47,371 bases of DNA from Eledone cirrhosa. Its lineage: Eukaryota. The translations under genes were made by a program, and so were the position numbers. The notes under the pieces were generated by a model. That model saw nothing but the letters and a program-made list of their open reading frames with translations, was not told where the DNA came from and did no database searches. The stretch covers positions 1-47,371 of the forward strand of contig CAXHJY010000742.1 of assembly GCA_964016885.1 (NCBI GenBank). The letters run 5' to 3'. This document shows, piece after piece, positions 44,045 to 47,371 of the stretch. Position 1 is the first letter of the stretch. Each line of letters opens with the position of its first letter.

Positions 44045-47000
44045 GTGTATAGGGGGGGGGTAGTGTATAGGGGAGGGTGGTAGTGTATAGGGGAGGGTGG
44101 TAGTGTATAGGGGAGGGTGGTAGTGTATAGGGGAGGGTGGTAGTGTATAGGGAGGGTGGTAGTGTATAGGGGAGGGTGGTAGTGTATAGGGAGGGTGGTA
44201 GTGTATAGGGGAGGGTGGTAGTGTATAGGGGAGGGTGGTAGTGTATAGGGGAGGGTGGTAGTGTATAGGGGAGGGTGGTAGTGTATAGGGGAGGGTGGTA
44301 GTGTATAGGGAGGGTGGTAGTGTATAGGGGAGGGTGGTAGTGTATAGGGAGGGTGGTAGTGTATAGGGGAGGGTGGTAGTGTATAGGGGAGGGTGGTAGT
44401 GTATAGGGGAGGGTGGTAGTGTATAGGGGGGTGGTAGTGTATAGGGAGGGTGGTAGTGTATAGGGAGGGTGGTAGTGTATAGGGGAGGGTGGTAGTGTAT
44501 AGGGGGGTGGTAGTGTATAGGGAGGGTGGTAGTGTATAGGGAGGGTGGTAGTGTATAGGGGAGGGTGGTAGTGTATAGGGGAGGGTGGTAGTATATAGGG
44601 AGGGTGGTAGTGTATAGGGGAGGGTGGTAGTGTATAGGGGAGGGTGGTAGTGTATAGGGGAGGGTGGTAGTATATAGGGGAGGGTGGTAGTATATAGGGA
44701 GGGTGGTAGTGTATAGGGGAGGGTGGTAGTGTATAGGGGAGGTGGTAGTGTATAGGGAGGGTGGTAGTGTATAGGGGAGGGTGGTAGTGTATAGGGGAGG
44801 GTGGTAGTGTATAGGGGAGGTGGTAGTGTATAGGGAGGGTGGTAGTGTATAGGGAGGGTGGTAGTGTATAGGGAGTGTGGTAGTGTATAGGGGAGGGTGG
44901 TAGTATATAGGGAGGGTGGTAGTGTATAGGGGAGGGTGGTAGTGTATAGGGGGAGGGTGGTAGTGTATAGGGGAGGGTGGTAGTGTATAGGGAGGGTGGT
45001 AGTGTATAGGGAGGGTGGTAGTGTATAGGGAGGGTGGTAGTGTATAGGGGAGGGTGGTAGTGTATAGGGAGGGTGGTAGTGTATAGGGGAGGGTGGTAGT
45101 GTATAGGGGGGTGGTAGTGTATAGGGAGGGTGGTAGTGTATAGGGAGGGTGGTAGTGTATAGGGGAGGGTGGTAGTGTATAGGGGGGTGGTAGTGTATAG
45201 GGAGGGTGGTAGTGTATAGGGAGGGTGGTAGTGTATAGGGGAGGGTGGTAGTGTATAGGGGAGGGTGGTAGTGTATAGGGAGGGTGGTAGTGTATAGGGG
45301 AGGGTGGTAGTGTATAGGGGAGGGTGGTAGTGTATAGGGGAGGGTGGTAGTGTATAGGGGAGGGTGGTAGTATATAGGGAGGGTGGTAGTGTATAGGGGA
45401 GGGTGGTAGTGTATAGGGGAGGTGGTAGTGTATAGGGAGGGTGGTAGTGTATAGGGGAGGGTGGTAGTGTATAGGGGAGGTGGTAGTGTATAGGGAGGGT
45501 GGTAGTGTATAGGGAGGGTGGTAGTGTATAGGGGAGGGTGGTAGTGTATAGGGAGGGTGGTAGTGTATAGGGGAGGGTGGTAGTGTATAGGGAGGGTGGT
45601 AGTGTATAGGGAGGGTGGTAGTGTATAGGGAGGGTGGTAGTGTATAGGGAGGGTGGTAGTGTATAGGGAGGGTGTAGTGTATAGGGGAGGGTGGTAGTGT
45701 ATAGGGAGGGTGGTAGTGTATAGGGGAGGGTGGTAGTGTATAGGGAGGGTGGTAGTGTATAGGGAGGGTGGTAGTGTATAGGGGAGGTGGTAGTGTATAG
45801 GGGAGGGGTGGTAGTGTATAGGGAGGGTGGTAGTGTATAGGGGAGGGTGGTAGTGTATAGGGAGGGTGATAGTGTATAGGGAGGGTGGTAGTGTATAGGG
45901 AGGGTGGTAGTGTATAGGGAGGGTGGTAGTGTATAGGGGAGGGTGGTAGTGTATAGGGGAGGGTGGTAGTGTATAGGGAGGGTGGTAGTGTATAGGGAGG
46001 GTGGTAGTGTATAGGGAGGGTGGTAGTGTATAGGGAGGGTGGTAGTGTATAGGGGAGGGTGGTAGTGTATAGGGAGGGTGGTAGTGTATAGGGAGGGTGG
46101 TAGTGTATAGGGGAGGGTGGTAGTGTATAGGGAGGGTGGTAGTGTATAGGGAGGGTGGTAGTGTATAGGGAGGGTGGTAGTGTATAGGGAGGGTGGTAGT
46201 GTATAGGGGAGGGTGGTAGTGTATAGGGAGGGTGGTAGTGTATAGGGAGGGTGGTAGTGTATAGGGAGGGTGGTAGTGTATAGGGGAGGGTGGTAGTGTA
46301 TAGGGAGGGTGGTAGTGTATAGGGAGGGTGGTAGTGTATAGGGAGGGTGGTAGTGTATAGGGAGGGTGGTAGTGTATAGGGAGGGTGGTAGTGTATAGGG
46401 GAGGGTGGTAGTGTATAGGGGAGGGTGGTAGTGTATAGGGAGGGTGGTAGTGTATAGGGAGGTGGTAGTGTATAGGGGAGGGTGGTAGTGTATAGGGAGG
46501 GTGGTAGTGTATAGGGGGGTGGTAGTGTATAGGGGGGTGTGTATAGGGAGGTGGTAGTGTATAGGGAGGTGGTAGTGTATAGGGGAGGGTGGTAGTGTAT
46601 AGGGAGGGTGGTAGTGTATAGGGGAGGGTGGTAGTGTATAGGGAGGGTGGTAGTGTATAGGGAGGGTGGTAGTGTATAGGGAGGGTGGTAGTGTATAGGG
46701 GAGGTGGTAGTGTATAGGGGAGGGTGGTAGTGTATAGGGAGGGTGGTAGTGTATAGGGGAGGGTGGTAGTGTATAGGGAGGGTGGTAGTGTATAGGGAGG
46801 TGGTAGTGTATAGGGAGGTGGTAGTGTATAGGGGAGGGTGGTAGTGTATAGGGGAGGTGGTAGTGTATAGGGAGGGTGGTAGTGTATAGGGAGGTGGTAG
46901 TGTATAGGGAGGGTGGTAGTGTATAGGGAGGGTGGTAGTGTATAGGGGTAGGTGGTAGTGTATAGGGGGTGGGTATAGGGGAGGGTGGTAGTGTATAGGG

Positions 47001-47371
47001 GGAGGTGGTAGTGTATAGGGAGGGTGGTAGTGTATAGGGAGTGTGGTAGTGTATAGGGGAGGGTGGTAGTGTATAGGGAGGGTGGTAGTGTATAGGAGGG
47101 TGGTAGTGTATAGGGAGGGTGGTAGTGTATAGGGAGGGTGGTAGTGTATAGGGGGTGGTGTGTATAGGGAGGTGGTAGTGTATAGGAGGGTGGTAGTGTA
47201 TAGGGGTGGTAGTGTATAGGGGTGGTAGAGTATAGGGGTGGTAGTGTATAGGGGGGAGGGTGTAGTGTATAGGGGGTGGTAGTGTATAGGGGTGGTAGTG
47301 ATATAGGAGGGTGGTAGTGTATAGGGGGCTGGTAGTGTATAGGGGGGTGGTAGTTGTATAGGGGTGGTAGT
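44045..47371 (+). repeat. G-rich 19-20-bp tandem array (TAGTGTATAGGG(G)AGGGTGG)n running to the window end
   Basis: About 3.3 kb, roughly 170 units, almost no C on the + strand. Units become more irregular toward the end. Confidence 0.95.

Overview
Repeat-saturated animal genomic DNA with no recognisable host gene. A coleoid cephalopod such as octopus is my inference from the SINE type and microsatellite load. Long (TA)n/(CA)n/(GA)n tracts separate islands of retroelement DNA, and these tracts generate nearly all of the Y/I/C/V-rich ORFs in the track. Contents: (1) a Penelope-like element (RT + C-terminal GIY-YIG, Naiad-like) with a 1.6-kb direct terminal repeat (1-5149); (2) a near full-length CR1-type LINE on the minus strand (5176-~9885), whose ORF1 has a Myb/SANT-like N-terminus, polyQ and two CCCH fingers, and whose AUG-less ORF2 opens at a U-UUU-UUA heptamer; (3) a second, 5'-truncated Penelope arranged as a ~3.9-kb inverted repeat (30501-34498); (4) tRNA-derived SINEs, including a 5-copy tandem array; (5) two non-coding tandem arrays (310-bp and 468-bp units) with one hammerhead ribozyme per unit, resembling retrozymes; (6) a 90-bp minisatellite and a terminal 19-20-bp G-rich array. 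The main hidden signal is about 32 type I hammerhead ribozyme motifs of roughly 12 sequence families. They include U3-A8 core variants, very long stem II variants and palindromic loop III forms. Several ribozyme-bearing inserts share a head-to-head architecture with 3' ends pointing outward into (TA)n. All structures were folded by eye and none were computed.
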